Positions 53,735 through 63,887 of a DNA stretch of 64,000 bases are shown here, piece by piece. Source of the stretch: an uncultured Planctomycetota bacterium. GTDB taxonomy: Bacteria > Planctomycetota > Planctomycetia > Gemmatales > Gemmataceae. The stretch covers positions 416,001 to 480,000 of the forward strand of contig CAWKHF010000005.1 in the NCBI GenBank assembly GCA_963849325.1. Direction: 5' to 3'. The position numbers were made by a program, and so were the translations under genes. The notes beneath the pieces are model-generated. The model saw only the letters and a list, made by a program, of their open reading frames with translations, made no database searches and was not told where the DNA came from. How positions within the stretch are numbered: position 1 is the stretch's first letter; the number at the start of each line of letters is the position of its first letter.

Positions 53735-55302
53735 ATGCCCGAAGTCCATCCGGAACGGCCGGCTCCCCATCTGCGGCACACGAGCGACCGGGAGATCCGC
53801 CGCTTGCTGGAGGTCATGCCGGCGGCGGCGTATACCTGCGACGCCGAAGGACTCATCACCTACTTCAACCGACGCGCGGTCGAGATTTGGGGGCGCGAGC
53901 CGACGGTGAACGATCCCATCGACCGCTACTGAGGCTCGTTCAAGCTCTTGACGATTGGTGGTTCACCAATCTTGCACGACCGCTGCTGGATGGCCCTGGC
54001 GCTCCGCGAGAACCAGGGCTACAACGAACAGGAAATCGTTATCGAGCGCCTCCGACGGCAGCCGCCGCACGGCCCTGGCCCATGCCAACCCCTTCTACGA
54101 CGAGTCCGGCCGGCTCGTCGGGGCCGTCAACATTCTTGTGGACATCACCGAGCGCAAAAAGGCGGAAGACGCCGTGCGCGAAGCCGATCGCCGCAAGAGC
54201 GAATTCCTGGCGCTGTTGGCCCATGAGCTGCGCAACCCCTTGGCTCCCCTCCGCAATGGCTTGCAGATCATGCGGCTGGCGAGCCACGACCGGACGGTTG
54301 CGGATCAGGCGCGGACCATGATGGAGCGCCAACTCGGACACATGGTTCGGCTCATCGACGACCTGCTCGACCTGTCGCGCATTACCAAGGGCAAGATCGA
54401 GCTGCGCAAAGAGCGGATCGATCTGGCGGCGGCGGTGCGCGACGCCGTGGAGACCAGCCGTCCCCTCATCGAGGCGTCCGGCCACCAGCTCACCGTCACG
54501 CTGCCGTCACGGCCGATCTTCGTGGATGCCGACCGCACTCGGCTGTCCCAGGTGTTCGCCAACCTGCTCAACAACAGCGCCAAGTACACCGATCGGGGCG
54601 GTCACATCGCGGCTGCGCGTCGAGCCGGAGGGCAGCGATGTCGTCGTCAAGGTCCGCGATGACGGCCTGGGCATCCCCGCCGACGTCTTGCCTGGTATTT
54701 TCGAGATGTTCACCCAGGTCGATCGCTCGCTGGAACGGTCGCAGGGCGGCCTGGGCATCGGACTGAGCCTGGTGCGTGCGTTGGTCGAGATGCACGGCGG
54801 CCGCGTGGACGCCCACAGCGGCGGTTGCGGAAGAGGAAGCGAGTTCGTTGTGCGCTTGCCCGTCTTGCTCTCGACCGCCCGAAAGACGCGGCCGGAGCAT
54901 GGCGCGGAGGAGGATGGGCATCGCTCCTCGAAATACCGTATCCTGATTGTGGACGACAACAAGGACTCGGCGATCAGCCTGGGTCTGATGCTGAAGATCA
55001 TGGGGCACGATACGCAAATGGCTCACGACGGCCTGGAAGGCGTGGCGATGGCGGCGGCGTTCCGGCCCGACGTGGTGCTGCTGGACATCGGCCTGCCGCG
55101 CTTGAACGGCTATGACGTTTGCCGCCGCATCCGCGAGCAGCCGGGCGGCGAGCGCGTGGTTATCCTCGCCCTGAGCGGCTGGGGCCAGGACGAGGACAAA
55201 CGCCGCTCCAAGGAAGCGGGCTTCAACTTTCACATGGTCAAGCCGGTAGACCCCGCCGAGCTGGAGAAGTTCCTGGCCGGACTGCTGCTGGCGCCGGCCT
55301 GA
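53735..55302 (+). CDS. PAS-HisKA-HATPase-REC hybrid kinase with in-frame TGA (53930-53932); candidate selenoprotein (indels near 54050 and 54610)
   Basis: PAS (AAYTCDAEGLITYFN..DRY*GSFKL..HDRCWMALAL..NPFYD..GAVNILVDITERK), AHELRNPL, NLLNNSAKYT, GLGIGL, LLDIGLP. The frame is intact across the TGA. Confidence 0.85.
53936..53979 (+). promoter_or_regulatory. Putative bacterial SECIS hairpin
   Basis: Perfect stem GATTGGTG(53953-60)/CACCAATC(53964-71) with a GTT loop starting after 28 nt downstream of the TGA. Possible lower stem TCGT-CAAG / CTTG-ACGA. Confidence 0.55.
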
Positions 55303-55308
55303 GTCCTA

Positions 55309-55360
55309 TCCGAGCCTGAAGCGTGAGCGAAGATCTCTTCGCTTACGCTTCAGGCTCGGA
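55309..55360. repeat. REP-like palindrome family A, copy 5
   Basis: Same arms; supplies the stop codon of the convergent MBL gene. Confidence 0.9.
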
Positions 55361-56284
55361 AAGATGGTTGTCCAGTCCCGGCAGCAATGGCTGGACCGGC
55401 TGTGCGCGGGAGGAGCGGCGTCCCGAGGACCGTCGCGCACGAACGGATCGAGCGGCGGCGCTCAGATGCAGCGTCGCGCCGGCGGCATCTTGCGCGGCGG
55501 TGCGCAGCTCGACGGGGAAGCCCAGCTCATCCAGCAGCGCCTGCGCCGCCGCGCGGGCCAGGGTCGGACGGTTGCAATCGCGGCTCAGGTGCAGCTGCAC
55601 CAGGTAGCGAAGCCGATCAGGCGTTGAGCGCTCCAGCACCGCCCGCACCAGGCCGACGGCCTGGGCGTTGGACAGATGGCCGTCGTCGCCCAGGACGCGC
55701 TCGATCAGCCGCGGCATGCGGCCGCTGGAACGCTGCAAATCCACGTCATGATTGAACTCGACGGCCAGCAAATCGACATCGGCTAGGTGGCCGGCCAATT
55801 CGTCATCCCAGCAACCCAGGTCGGCGACGTAGCCGATCGTCCCGCGTCGGCCGAACAGGTCCGCCGTTCCCTCTAGCCGAAAACCGAAGGTGGCGCCGCT
55901 ATCGTGTCGCACCGGCAGCGCCCGGCAGCGCAGCCCCGGCGATGGCTCGAAGTCCTGGTGCGACTCGAAACAGCGGACCCGGCCGGCGTCGTGCAGGGCG
56001 AGGAAGCCGTCGGAGTAGGTGCGCAGGACGGTGTGATGGGCGGCATGACACCACAGGGGGATCCGGTGGCGATGCAGGTGCAGGATAGAGGCATCCTTCC
56101 AATGGTCGGAGTGCGTGTGCGTCAAGAGGACAGCATGAACGGCGGCCCACGAGAGTCCGGCCGCCGACAGGCGGGCGGCCAGCTGCCGCGGTCCCAGGCC
56201 CACGTCGATGAGTACGCCGAAGCCGCCGGACTCCACCAGGCAGGCATTGCCGCCGCTGCCGCTGGCGAGTGTCGTGAACCGCAA
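55343..56284 (-). CDS. MBL-fold metallo-hydrolase (YycJ/WalJ-like)
   Basis: LASGSGGNA, THTHSDH, VRHD, EFNHD, GHLSN, HLS..N. Confidence 0.9.
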   Translation of the reverse strand: MRFTTLASGSGGNACLVESGGFGVLIDVGLGPRQLAARLSAAGLSWAAVHAVLLTHTHSDHWKDASILHLHRHRIPLWCHAAHHTVLRTYSDGFLALHDAGRVRCFESHQDFEPSPGLRCRALPVRHDSGATFGFRLEGTADLFGRRGTIGYVADLGCWDDELAGHLADVDLLAVEFNHDVDLQRSSGRMPRLIERVLGDDGHLSNAQAVGLVRAVLERSTPDRLRYLVQLHLSRDCNRPTLARAAAQALLDELGFPVELRTAAQDAAGATLHLSAAARSVRARRSSGRRSSRAQPVQPLLPGLDNHLSEPEA

Positions 56285-56460
56285 GCCGATCCCTCCTTAC
56301 GCAAGGCGTTCCCCGGACGATTCGATTATGGTAAACCAAATCGAGCGCGGGACCAAGCCAAGCCGCCAGCGACGAATTCGACGCCCTCACTCCGCGTTCC
56401 CCCCTCCGGGCGGCTGTGCTACTCTAAGAGAGAGCGGCGCCCTTTCACAAAGGAGGGTTC

Positions 56461-56934
56461 ATGGCGTTCGACTCCCTGGCTCAGCGGCGCATCATGGGAC
56501 ACTTCGCCACCGGCGTCACGGTGGTGACGGCGTACCAAAATGGCGAAATCCAAGGAATGACGGCCAACGCGGTGACCTCGCTGTCGCTGCATCCGCCGCT
56601 GATCCTGGTGGCCGTGGGCAAGACGGCGGCCATGCACGCCACCCTCACGCAGAGCCGCTGTTTCGCCCTCAACATGCTCAGCGAAGAGCAAGAGCACCTG
56701 TCGCGCCGCTTCGCCATGCGCGGGGCCAAGGAAGTGAAAGACCTGACGTGGATTCATGCGGCCAGCGGCGCTCCGATCCTGGCCGACGCCCTGGCCTACG
56801 TCGATTGCCGGCTGACCGACATCCTGCCGGGCGGCGATCACGATATTTTCCTCGGCGAAATCCTGGCCGGCGACAGCCGCGACGGCGCGCCGCTGTTGTA
56901 CTTCGGCGGCAAATATCGACGCCTGGCCGAGTGA
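56461..56934 (+). CDS. Flavin reductase family protein
   Basis: FATGVTVVT, GMTANAVTSLSLHPPL, GGDHDIFLG, PLLY; strong AAGGAGG RBS. Confidence 0.93.
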   Translation: MAFDSLAQRRIMGHFATGVTVVTAYQNGEIQGMTANAVTSLSLHPPLILVAVGKTAAMHATLTQSRCFALNMLSEEQEHLSRRFAMRGAKEVKDLTWIHAASGAPILADALAYVDCRLTDILPGGDHDIFLGEILAGDSRDGAPLLYFGGKYRRLAE

Positions 56935-56956
56935 ACGGATTACGGAGCGTAGAATC

Positions 56957-57748
56957 GTGGACGATCTCCTCAATCTGGTGCCCCGCTACAAACGTCGCCG
57001 CTCTGCTGGTAAGGCCGTCAACCACGCCCTCGTGGAGCGGCTAAGCAAGGACGTTCTCGACGAAGGGGCAAAGAAACTCGGCATCCTTCAGGGCAAGACC
57101 CTTGTCCTGGATTCGGAAGATGAGCTGGCGATCCTCATGGACTTTTGCATCCATGATGTCCGCCGCAACGGACGCACGGCCGTGGAGTCGTTCTTTCCCC
57201 ACGCGCCCTACCCTCCCGATTCGGAGGAAATGGCCTATCTGACCACCCTGAAACAGGCTCAGTATTCCGTGTTCCTCATCGAGCGTGTGGAACGCGGTTG
57301 CGGTATCGAGGTGCGCGACCTGTGGCGGGACGGCACGAAATTCATCATGGACGTCAGCTTCGGCAACACGGCAAGCCCTCGGATGGTGCTCGCCACGCGC
57401 CTCGTTCCCTTTGAATCGGTGTTCACCACGACCGGCGCGCCCCTTCCGCTGGGCGTACTGCCCAACACCTGGGCCGCATCGCCGTTGCAGGGCTTGCTCG
57501 AAAAGATGAAAGGAGTAGACGGGACCGGCCGGTCGGCGGAACAAATCAGCGAGTCGGTCGCCACCCTCCTTCGGACTTTCCTCAAGGCGGGCGCGGGCGA
57601 GAACGTGAGGTATGCGAACCCGGACGAACTTCCTTCCCCGCGGCGCCGACCGTCTTCTCCCGCTCCGAGCGGGCACGTCGGCCGCAACGATCCCTGCCCT
57701 TGCGGTAGCGGCAAGAAATTCAAGAAATGCTGCGGACTTGGCAAATGA
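56957..57748 (+). CDS. SEC-C motif (zinc-binding) protein
   Basis: C-terminal GRNDPCPCGSGKKFKKCC. Confidence 0.85.
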   Translation: MDDLLNLVPRYKRRRSAGKAVNHALVERLSKDVLDEGAKKLGILQGKTLVLDSEDELAILMDFCIHDVRRNGRTAVESFFPHAPYPPDSEEMAYLTTLKQAQYSVFLIERVERGCGIEVRDLWRDGTKFIMDVSFGNTASPRMVLATRLVPFESVFTTTGAPLPLGVLPNTWAASPLQGLLEKMKGVDGTGRSAEQISESVATLLRTFLKAGAGENVRYANPDELPSPRRRPSSPAPSGHVGRNDPCPCGSGKKFKKCCGLGK

Positions 57749-57847
57749 TGTCTTCCCTCATCCGGTGGATGGCCGGTGCTCATCTCCCTATGAGCTATAG
57801 TTGAAACAAACCTCACGGCCCCAGCGTTCTCGGCAGGCGGAGATGAT

Positions 57848-59003
57848 ATGTCCTCTTGGCTGCGCGTCGCGGTCGTGGCCGTCCTCATCCACCAGGCGGC
57901 GCGGCTGGCCGATCCGGCGGTGCTGGGCACGACGGATTATGTCGAATACTGGTCGGCGGGACGGCTCTGTTGGCGCGGAGAGAATCCCTATTCCGCCGAG
58001 TTGCTCTTTCCGCTCCAGCGGCCGTGCGGCTGCCCCGACGAGTGGCCGGTCATGATGTACAATCCGCCGTGGACCTTGCCGTTCGTCATGCCGCTGGGCC
58101 TGTTCGACTTCGGCGTCAGCCGGCTGCTGTGGCTGCTGCTGAACCTGGCCGTGGTCCTGCTGTGCTGCGGCGCCCTGTGGCGGTTGAACGGAGGCCCGCC
58201 GCGAGGACAGGGGATGGCATTGCTGGTTGGCCTGTGCGCCGTTTCCCACGTTGATCGTGCTGCGCATGGGGCAGATCGGACCGTTGGTCTTGCTGGGACT
58301 GGTCGGATTTCTGTGGGCGATCCGCCGGGGCAGCGACGGCTGGGCCGGGGCGGCGACGGTCCTGGCGGCGATCAAGCCGCACCTGGTCTTTCTCTTCTGG
58401 ATCGCCTTGCTTCTGTGGACGTGGGACCGCCGCCGCTGGGACGTGCTCATCGGCGCGGCTGGTGCTCTTCTGGCGGCGACGACGATCGCCCTGGCCTGTA
58501 ATCCGCAGGTGATCGGCCAATACGCCGACCTCATGACCCACAATCCGCCGTCGCGCTGCCTGTCGCCGAGCCTGGGGGCGGTCCTGCGGATCGTCTTCGG
58601 CCTGGATCGCTTTGAATTGCAGTTCGTGCCTCCGCTGCTGGGACTGGCCTGGTTGCTGCCGTACTGGCTGCGGCACCGCCGGCATTGGAACTGGAATGAG
58701 CGGATGCCGATGCTGCTGCTTGTCTCGGTGCTGACCACGGCGTATGGCGCCTGGGCGTTCGACCTCGTTGTGCTGCTGCCGGTGGTGATCCAGGCAGCGG
58801 TGGGGGTGTGCCGGGCTGGTCGGCCGCGGCTCGCCGTCGTGGCGGCGAGTGCGTATTTCGCCGTCAACGGCCTGGCCCTGGCGATGGACCTCGGCGGCAT
58901 CGACGCCTTCTGGTTCATCTGGATGACGCCTGCCCTGATGCTCGGATACGTGCTGGTCCGCTCCGCGCCGGTGCCTCTGGCCATTGTGGAAGGGCTGGGC
59001 TAA
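57848..59003 (+). CDS. Glycosyltransferase family 87-like membrane protein (frameshifted)
   Basis: DYVEYWSAGR..GENPY, YNPPW, GQI, AIKPH, multiple TMs. Confidence 0.8.
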
Positions 59004-59133
59004 CGAAACAAACCCCACACGCCCAGAATCCACGCACGCCTCCGCCGGGGCATCGCAAACACGTATCGGGGTGCGTGTGCCGTCAAACTTCGTTAAAATG
59101 ACGATCTCACTGAAGTGGGGTGATATACCCGTG

Positions 59134-59999
59134 ATGCAGCGCGCGAACATTCTGGTGCTGATCGTCCTCGCTCCCTTGCTGGGCTGCAGTGCGGAGACGA
59201 AGAACGCGCCGAAGTCCACGGCCAAAAATGCGGCCGGCGCGGCGCAGTGCCTGCCGCTGACAAGGCGACGCCGCGCAAGATCATTTACACCGGCCAGGTG
59301 GATCTCGTCGTCGAGGACTTCGACCGGACCGAGCAGCAGCTACGGCAACTGGTCGAGGAACACGAGGGCTACCTGGCCAACTCCGACATCCACAACCAGC
59401 CCGGCGTGCCGCGCTCCGGGACATGGACGGTGCGCGTGCCGACGGGGCACTTCAACGATTTCCTGCAGGCGGTCGTCAAGTTCGGCGAGGTACGCAATCG
59501 CAACACCAACTCGCAGGACATCACCGACGCCTACCACGACAAGGCCGCCCGTCTCAAGGCCGACGAGACGGAAGAAAAGAGCTTGCTGGCGCTGCTGGAG
59601 AAGACGCAGGGCAAGGTCGAGGACATCCTGCGCATGCGCGAGCAGCTGCGGGTGGTGCGCGGCCAAATCGAGGAGGAAAAGAGCCAGATCCAACGCTGGG
59701 ACAAGGACGTGGACCTGGCGACGGTGACGGTCAAGCTGCTCGACCGCCGCGACTACACGCCGCCGCTGCTGCCGGACTTCGGCAGCACGGTCGGCCGCAC
59801 CTTTCAGAATTCGATTGACGCCCTGGTCCTCTTCGGCAAGACGCTGGTACTGATCGTGGTGGCGTTGGCGCCGTGGCTGGCGGTGCTGGCCGTGCTCGCC
59901 GCGCCGGGCTTCGTGATCTGGCGACGGCGACGCGCCGCCGTCAAGGCCCGGATAGCGGTCCTTGCGAGCGGCGATCGACCGGGAGTCCCAAGGCCATGA
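59134..59999 (+). CDS. DUF4349 family lipoprotein (frameshift near 59245)
   Basis: Lipobox LLGC, RKIIYTG, TVRVP, QDITDAY, ATVTV, C-terminal TM with PW. Confidence 0.85.
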
Positions 60000-61579
60000 G
60001 TCGGCCGTTGACTGTCGCGGCGCCCGCTGCCTTCCTCCTGGGAGCTTGCCTGGTCTACGCCGTCTGGGCGGCGTCCATCGGTTGGCACAACACCGTGCTC
60101 GACTTCCTCGGCTTTCGCCAGGCGCAGACGGCGCTCACCGCCTACTTCATGGTGGGCCGACCCCCGCGTCTGGCCTACGAAACGCCCGTCGTGGGTCCGC
60201 CCTGGTCGATTCCGTTCGAGCTGCCGGTCTACCAGGGGATCGTTGCCGCCATCGTCACCCTCTGCGATACGCCGATGGACGAGACCGGCCGTGCTGTCAG
60301 CCTGTCGTTTTTCCTGCTCACGCTGCTGCCGGCTTATCGTATCCTTGCCTGGCTGGGGTTGGCGCCGGGGCATCGACTCCTCGCCCTGACGCTGTTGACC
60401 GTCAGTCCGTTTTACCTGTTCTGGTCGCGGACGTTTCTCATTGAATCGACGGCCCTGTTCTTCAGCGTCGGTTACCTGGCGGCGGCCCTGCCGGCCGTGG
60501 ACAGACCCCGTCTCGGGCGGATAAGCGCCGCCGTCCTGTTCGGCGTGCTGGCCGCCCTGGTCAAGATCACCACCTGCTTCGTCTTCTCCCTGCTGCTTCT
60601 GCTCTACCTGGTTCACGTCTGGCGAGGCCGGGGAAGCGGCCGATTCAAGCCGGCGGTGCTGGGCCGGCAGGCACTGCTCTCCCTGCTCCTGCTCGGCGTG
60701 CCGTTCGCGGCCGGCTGGATGTGGACGCGCTTTGCCGACGAGCAGAAATCGCGCAACCCCATCGGCCGGCACCTGACGACCTCGGCCGACCTGATGCGCC
60801 AGTGGAACTACGGCACCTTCGAGCAGCGCCGCACGCCGGCCACCTGGAATACGGTCCTGACCTCGGCGCACTATGCGCTGGGACACGGCGCCGTCCTCGC
60901 GTTCGCTCTGATCGCCATGCTCCTCACCCGGCGTCGTTGGCGGCCGTTTCTGGCGTGCCTGCTCGTCTACCCTATCGCTCCCCTCGTTTTCACGAACCTG
61001 TACTGGTTCCACGAATACTATTCGTTCGCCAACAACGTACTGCTGCTGACCGCGGCAGCCCTTGGTCTGACCGCCCTCCTGGAGCACGGCGGCGCTTACC
61101 GCCGTCTGGGTCTGGCGGCCCTGGCCGGCTTCCTCGCACTGGCCGTCTGGCGCCATCAGGAGCATTACCGGCCGATCCAGGCGCATAACCACGAGGAGCT
61201 GAACGCCGTCAGCCGCACGATCCAGCAGGTAACGCGGCCGGAGGACGTGCTCGTGGTCCTCGGCTGCGATTGGTCGTCGGAATTGCCCTACTCCAGCCGG
61301 CGCCGCGCGTTGAGCATTCCGTTCTGGCTGGACCCAAGTCTGGAGAAGCTGCCCGATTATCTGGCCCTGGAGTCGCCGTATCCCGTCGGTGCCGTCGTGA
61401 TTCGCACCAGTTGGCTACCCTTCGACCGGGCGGCGGTGGAGGAGACGATTCGGCAAGCGGGCTTTGAGGTGCGCTATCACCGCGCGGACGAGGAGTTCGA
61501 GGTTTATGCCGTGAAACGAATGCCAGCGGACACGACCGAGCCGCGACCGTCAGGGAGCGGGGAATTCTCCGCTCCCTGA
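59996..61579 (+). CDS. GT-C (ArnT/PMT-like) membrane glycosyltransferase
   Basis: FRQAQTA, PFELPVY, GRAVS, SRTFLIE, LVK, HEYY; many TMs. Confidence 0.75.
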   Translation: MSRPLTVAAPAAFLLGACLVYAVWAASIGWHNTVLDFLGFRQAQTALTAYFMVGRPPRLAYETPVVGPPWSIPFELPVYQGIVAAIVTLCDTPMDETGRAVSLSFFLLTLLPAYRILAWLGLAPGHRLLALTLLTVSPFYLFWSRTFLIESTALFFSVGYLAAALPAVDRPRLGRISAAVLFGVLAALVKITTCFVFSLLLLLYLVHVWRGRGSGRFKPAVLGRQALLSLLLLGVPFAAGWMWTRFADEQKSRNPIGRHLTTSADLMRQWNYGTFEQRRTPATWNTVLTSAHYALGHGAVLAFALIAMLLTRRRWRPFLACLLVYPIAPLVFTNLYWFHEYYSFANNVLLLTAAALGLTALLEHGGAYRRLGLAALAGFLALAVWRHQEHYRPIQAHNHEELNAVSRTIQQVTRPEDVLVVLGCDWSSELPYSSRRRALSIPFWLDPSLEKLPDYLALESPYPVGAVVIRTSWLPFDRAAVEETIRQAGFEVRYHRADEEFEVYAVKRMPADTTEPRPSGSGEFSAP

Positions 61580-61593
61580 CGGTCGCGGCTCGG
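61536..61593. repeat. REP-like palindrome overlapping the 3' ends of two convergent genes
   Basis: ccgagccgcgaccgtcagggagcgg / ccgctccctgacggtcgcggctcgg. Confidence 0.9.
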
Positions 61594-62314
61594 ATCGCAT
61601 CAGGTCGCGCTCGAGCTGTCCCGAGGGGGCCGGCCGGCGTTCCAGGCCGGGGTGGCTGGTAAACAACGCCGTGCGCTCGAAGGGGAAGGCGGCGGTGAAG
61701 TGTTCGAGCAGGCGCTCACGGACCAGGGAGGGCCGCAGCGGCCCGCGCCGCTCGCGCGCGAGAGACGTCATCGGCTCGCGTTCGTCGGGATCGCTGCGGA
61801 GGATGCGGAAGGGCAACAGGTCGGGGTTGACGTTCAGCACGGCGCCGAAGTAGGCCACCCAGTCGCGCACGGCCACGCCCACGCCGGCGAGGAGTCGCGG
61901 CCCGACCCATACGCCGGGACGCCCCGGCCGCGTGACGCCCTCTACGCCGAAGTCGTCGAGTACGTCCACGAGGATGCGCTGCAGGCGCGCCAGGTAAGCC
62001 GCCAGGCCCAGGCCGTGCCAGTCCAGCGGCACGATCGGATAGATGGCGAGCTGGCCCGGCAGATGCAGAAACGAGCCGCCGCCGCGATTGACCCAGCGCA
62101 CCGGCCAGCGTCGTACCCGCAGCTGGTCGAAATCGCAGAGGATGTCCGCCGGCGAGCCATCGCGGCCGATGGTGAGGAGCGGCGGATGTTCGCACAGCAG
62201 CAGCGCGGCCGAGTGCCGCTCGCCCGCCGTCTGGTACGCCAGCATCCGCTGCAAGCTCAACGCCGCCTCGAACTCGATCGAGCCGAGCAGGTAGACGCGC
62301 AGGGCCGAACCCAT
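61550..62314 (-). CDS. LipB-like (BPL/LplA/LipB family) protein, catalytic residues apparently absent
   Basis: LLLCEHPP..TIGR, NRGG..HLPGQLAIYPI, GVWVG, LNVNPDL, MTSL; lacks the KI and PCG motifs. Confidence 0.8.
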   Translation of the reverse strand: MGSALRVYLLGSIEFEAALSLQRMLAYQTAGERHSAALLLCEHPPLLTIGRDGSPADILCDFDQLRVRRWPVRWVNRGGGSFLHLPGQLAIYPIVPLDWHGLGLAAYLARLQRILVDVLDDFGVEGVTRPGRPGVWVGPRLLAGVGVAVRDWVAYFGAVLNVNPDLLPFRILRSDPDEREPMTSLARERRGPLRPSLVRERLLEHFTAAFPFERTALFTSHPGLERRPAPSGQLERDLMRSEPRPSGSGEFPAP

Positions 62315-62456
62315 CGCCGTCGCGCCCCCGCAGCTCGAGTGGTCCAGGTGCATGAGCATCCATCCGTTGCCACGACACCGTCGTATCCGAAACCGAAACG
62401 GATGCTCCACCATAGCAACGCACGCATGGCGCCGGCAAGGGGATTGGCGGGTCGGC

Positions 62457-63887
62457 TCAACGGCAGAACAGCGTGACGGTGGTGAAATCGAACTCGCGCC
62501 GTTCGCAAGGGCGCCAACCGGGCGGGGCCAGGTGGCCCGACAGGCGGACGCGCTCGTCGCCCGGCAGGGCGGCGGTCAGGACCACCCATATTCGCTCGCC
62601 CGGCGGCGACGGGGGCCGAGGCCCTTCCAGCAGATGAAAGGCTGGCCCCAGGTGCCGGAAATAATACTGCTGTGCCACGTCATTGCCGAGCACGAAGTCC
62701 TCGGGGTGCCGCCGCGCCTGCACGTAGGCGGCGGCGGCAGGGACGTCCGCCTCGCGCCAGGTATACACAACCTGCTCCAGCGACGAGATCGCCGGCAGCA
62801 CCAGTACACCGGCCAGGGCCGCACACGCTACTCGACTGCGAACGGCCAGCCAGGCGAACATCGGCGGCACGCCGGCGGCGCCGAGCAGCAGCACCGCCGG
62901 CGTCGCATACGCCATGACTCGCGCGCCGCCGAACGGATAACGGTGGACACACGCCGCGGCCAGGGCCAGGGCGAGCGGCGCCGTCAGACGCAACACGGCC
63001 GTTCGTTCGCCGCGCCGCCACAGGACCAACACCCCCGGCACGGCCAGCAGCGTCAGCACCTGTCCCAGCGGCTTGCAGCAGTAGCGGCCCACCTCGAACG
63101 GCGCCAGTAGCAGCCAGCCGGGCACCGTCCACGGCCGCTCCCAGTTCGGCATGCAGGCGATCCAGCAGGAGTGGATCTCGGCATCGTGCTGACAGCGCAC
63201 GGGACCGGCCACCAGCCACAGCCCGACCGCCCCCGTCGCCGCCGTCAGCGCTCCATAGGCCAGCCAGAGACGCCCTTGTTTGCGTTGGCACACGGCCGGC
63301 AGATAGGCGAGAAGCAGCCCGACGTAGAGAAAACAGGCGGGATAGGATGACAATAAAAGCAGCGGAGCCAGCAGGGCGTAGGCGAGCAGCTGACGCCCGA
63401 GCGCTTCGAGCCGGCCCCAGCAGGGCACGGCCAGCATGACGACGGCGGCCAACACATCGACAGAGTACGCCTTGGCCTCGGACCCATGCCACAGGAGCTG
63501 TTCGGAGACGGCGAACAGAAGCACGGCCCAGGGGACGGCCGACGGCGTCAGCAAGCGACGAGCCAACGGCACGAACAGCAGCAGGGCGGCGCAGCTGGCC
63601 AGAAACGACGGCAGACGCAGGGCACGGCTGCCGTCGCCGAGGACCAGGCTGACCGTTTTCAGCAGACACAGGTACAGCGGTGGAGCGGCCTGGTGATAGT
63701 CGAGGCGGCCCAGGAACAGGTCGCCGAAGCCGCGCGCCGTCACCGTCAGCAGCAGCCCCGCCTCGTCCTGCCAGACGGCCCGGTCGCGCAGGTAGTGGAA
63801 CGACCGCAGCGCCAGTCCCAGCAGCAACAAGCCAAGGAGGAGCCAGGCCCGCCTTCGGGCACCCATTGTCATCTGGATCGGCCTCAT
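62457..63887 (-). CDS. GT39/ArnT-like membrane glycosyltransferase
   Basis: WQDEA, QAAPPLY, ALRLPS, EAKAYS, YPFGGAR; many TMs. Confidence 0.8.
   Translation of the reverse strand: MRPIQMTMGARRRAWLLLGLLLLGLALRSFHYLRDRAVWQDEAGLLLTVTARGFGDLFLGRLDYHQAAPPLYLCLLKTVSLVLGDGSRALRLPSFLASCAALLLFVPLARRLLTPSAVPWAVLLFAVSEQLLWHGSEAKAYSVDVLAAVVMLAVPCWGRLEALGRQLLAYALLAPLLLLSSYPACFLYVGLLLAYLPAVCQRKQGRLWLAYGALTAATGAVGLWLVAGPVRCQHDAEIHSCWIACMPNWERPWTVPGWLLLAPFEVGRYCCKPLGQVLTLLAVPGVLVLWRRGERTAVLRLTAPLALALAAACVHRYPFGGARVMAYATPAVLLLGAAGVPPMFAWLAVRSRVACAALAGVLVLPAISSLEQVVYTWREADVPAAAAYVQARRHPEDFVLGNDVAQQYYFRHLGPAFHLLEGPRPPSPPGERIWVVLTAALPGDERVRLSGHLAPPGWRPCERREFDFTTVTLFCR

Noticed and set aside
56957-57748. SEC-C protein as part of a selenocysteine system near the UGA kinase
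   Set aside because: SEC-C refers to the SecA C-terminal zinc motif and is unrelated to selenocysteine.
1801-59999. Numerous frameshifts as mass pseudogenisation or programmed frameshifting
   Set aside because: They hit housekeeping genes (GSIII, amt, uup) as scattered single indels with no accompanying decay, which is typical of long-read consensus error.
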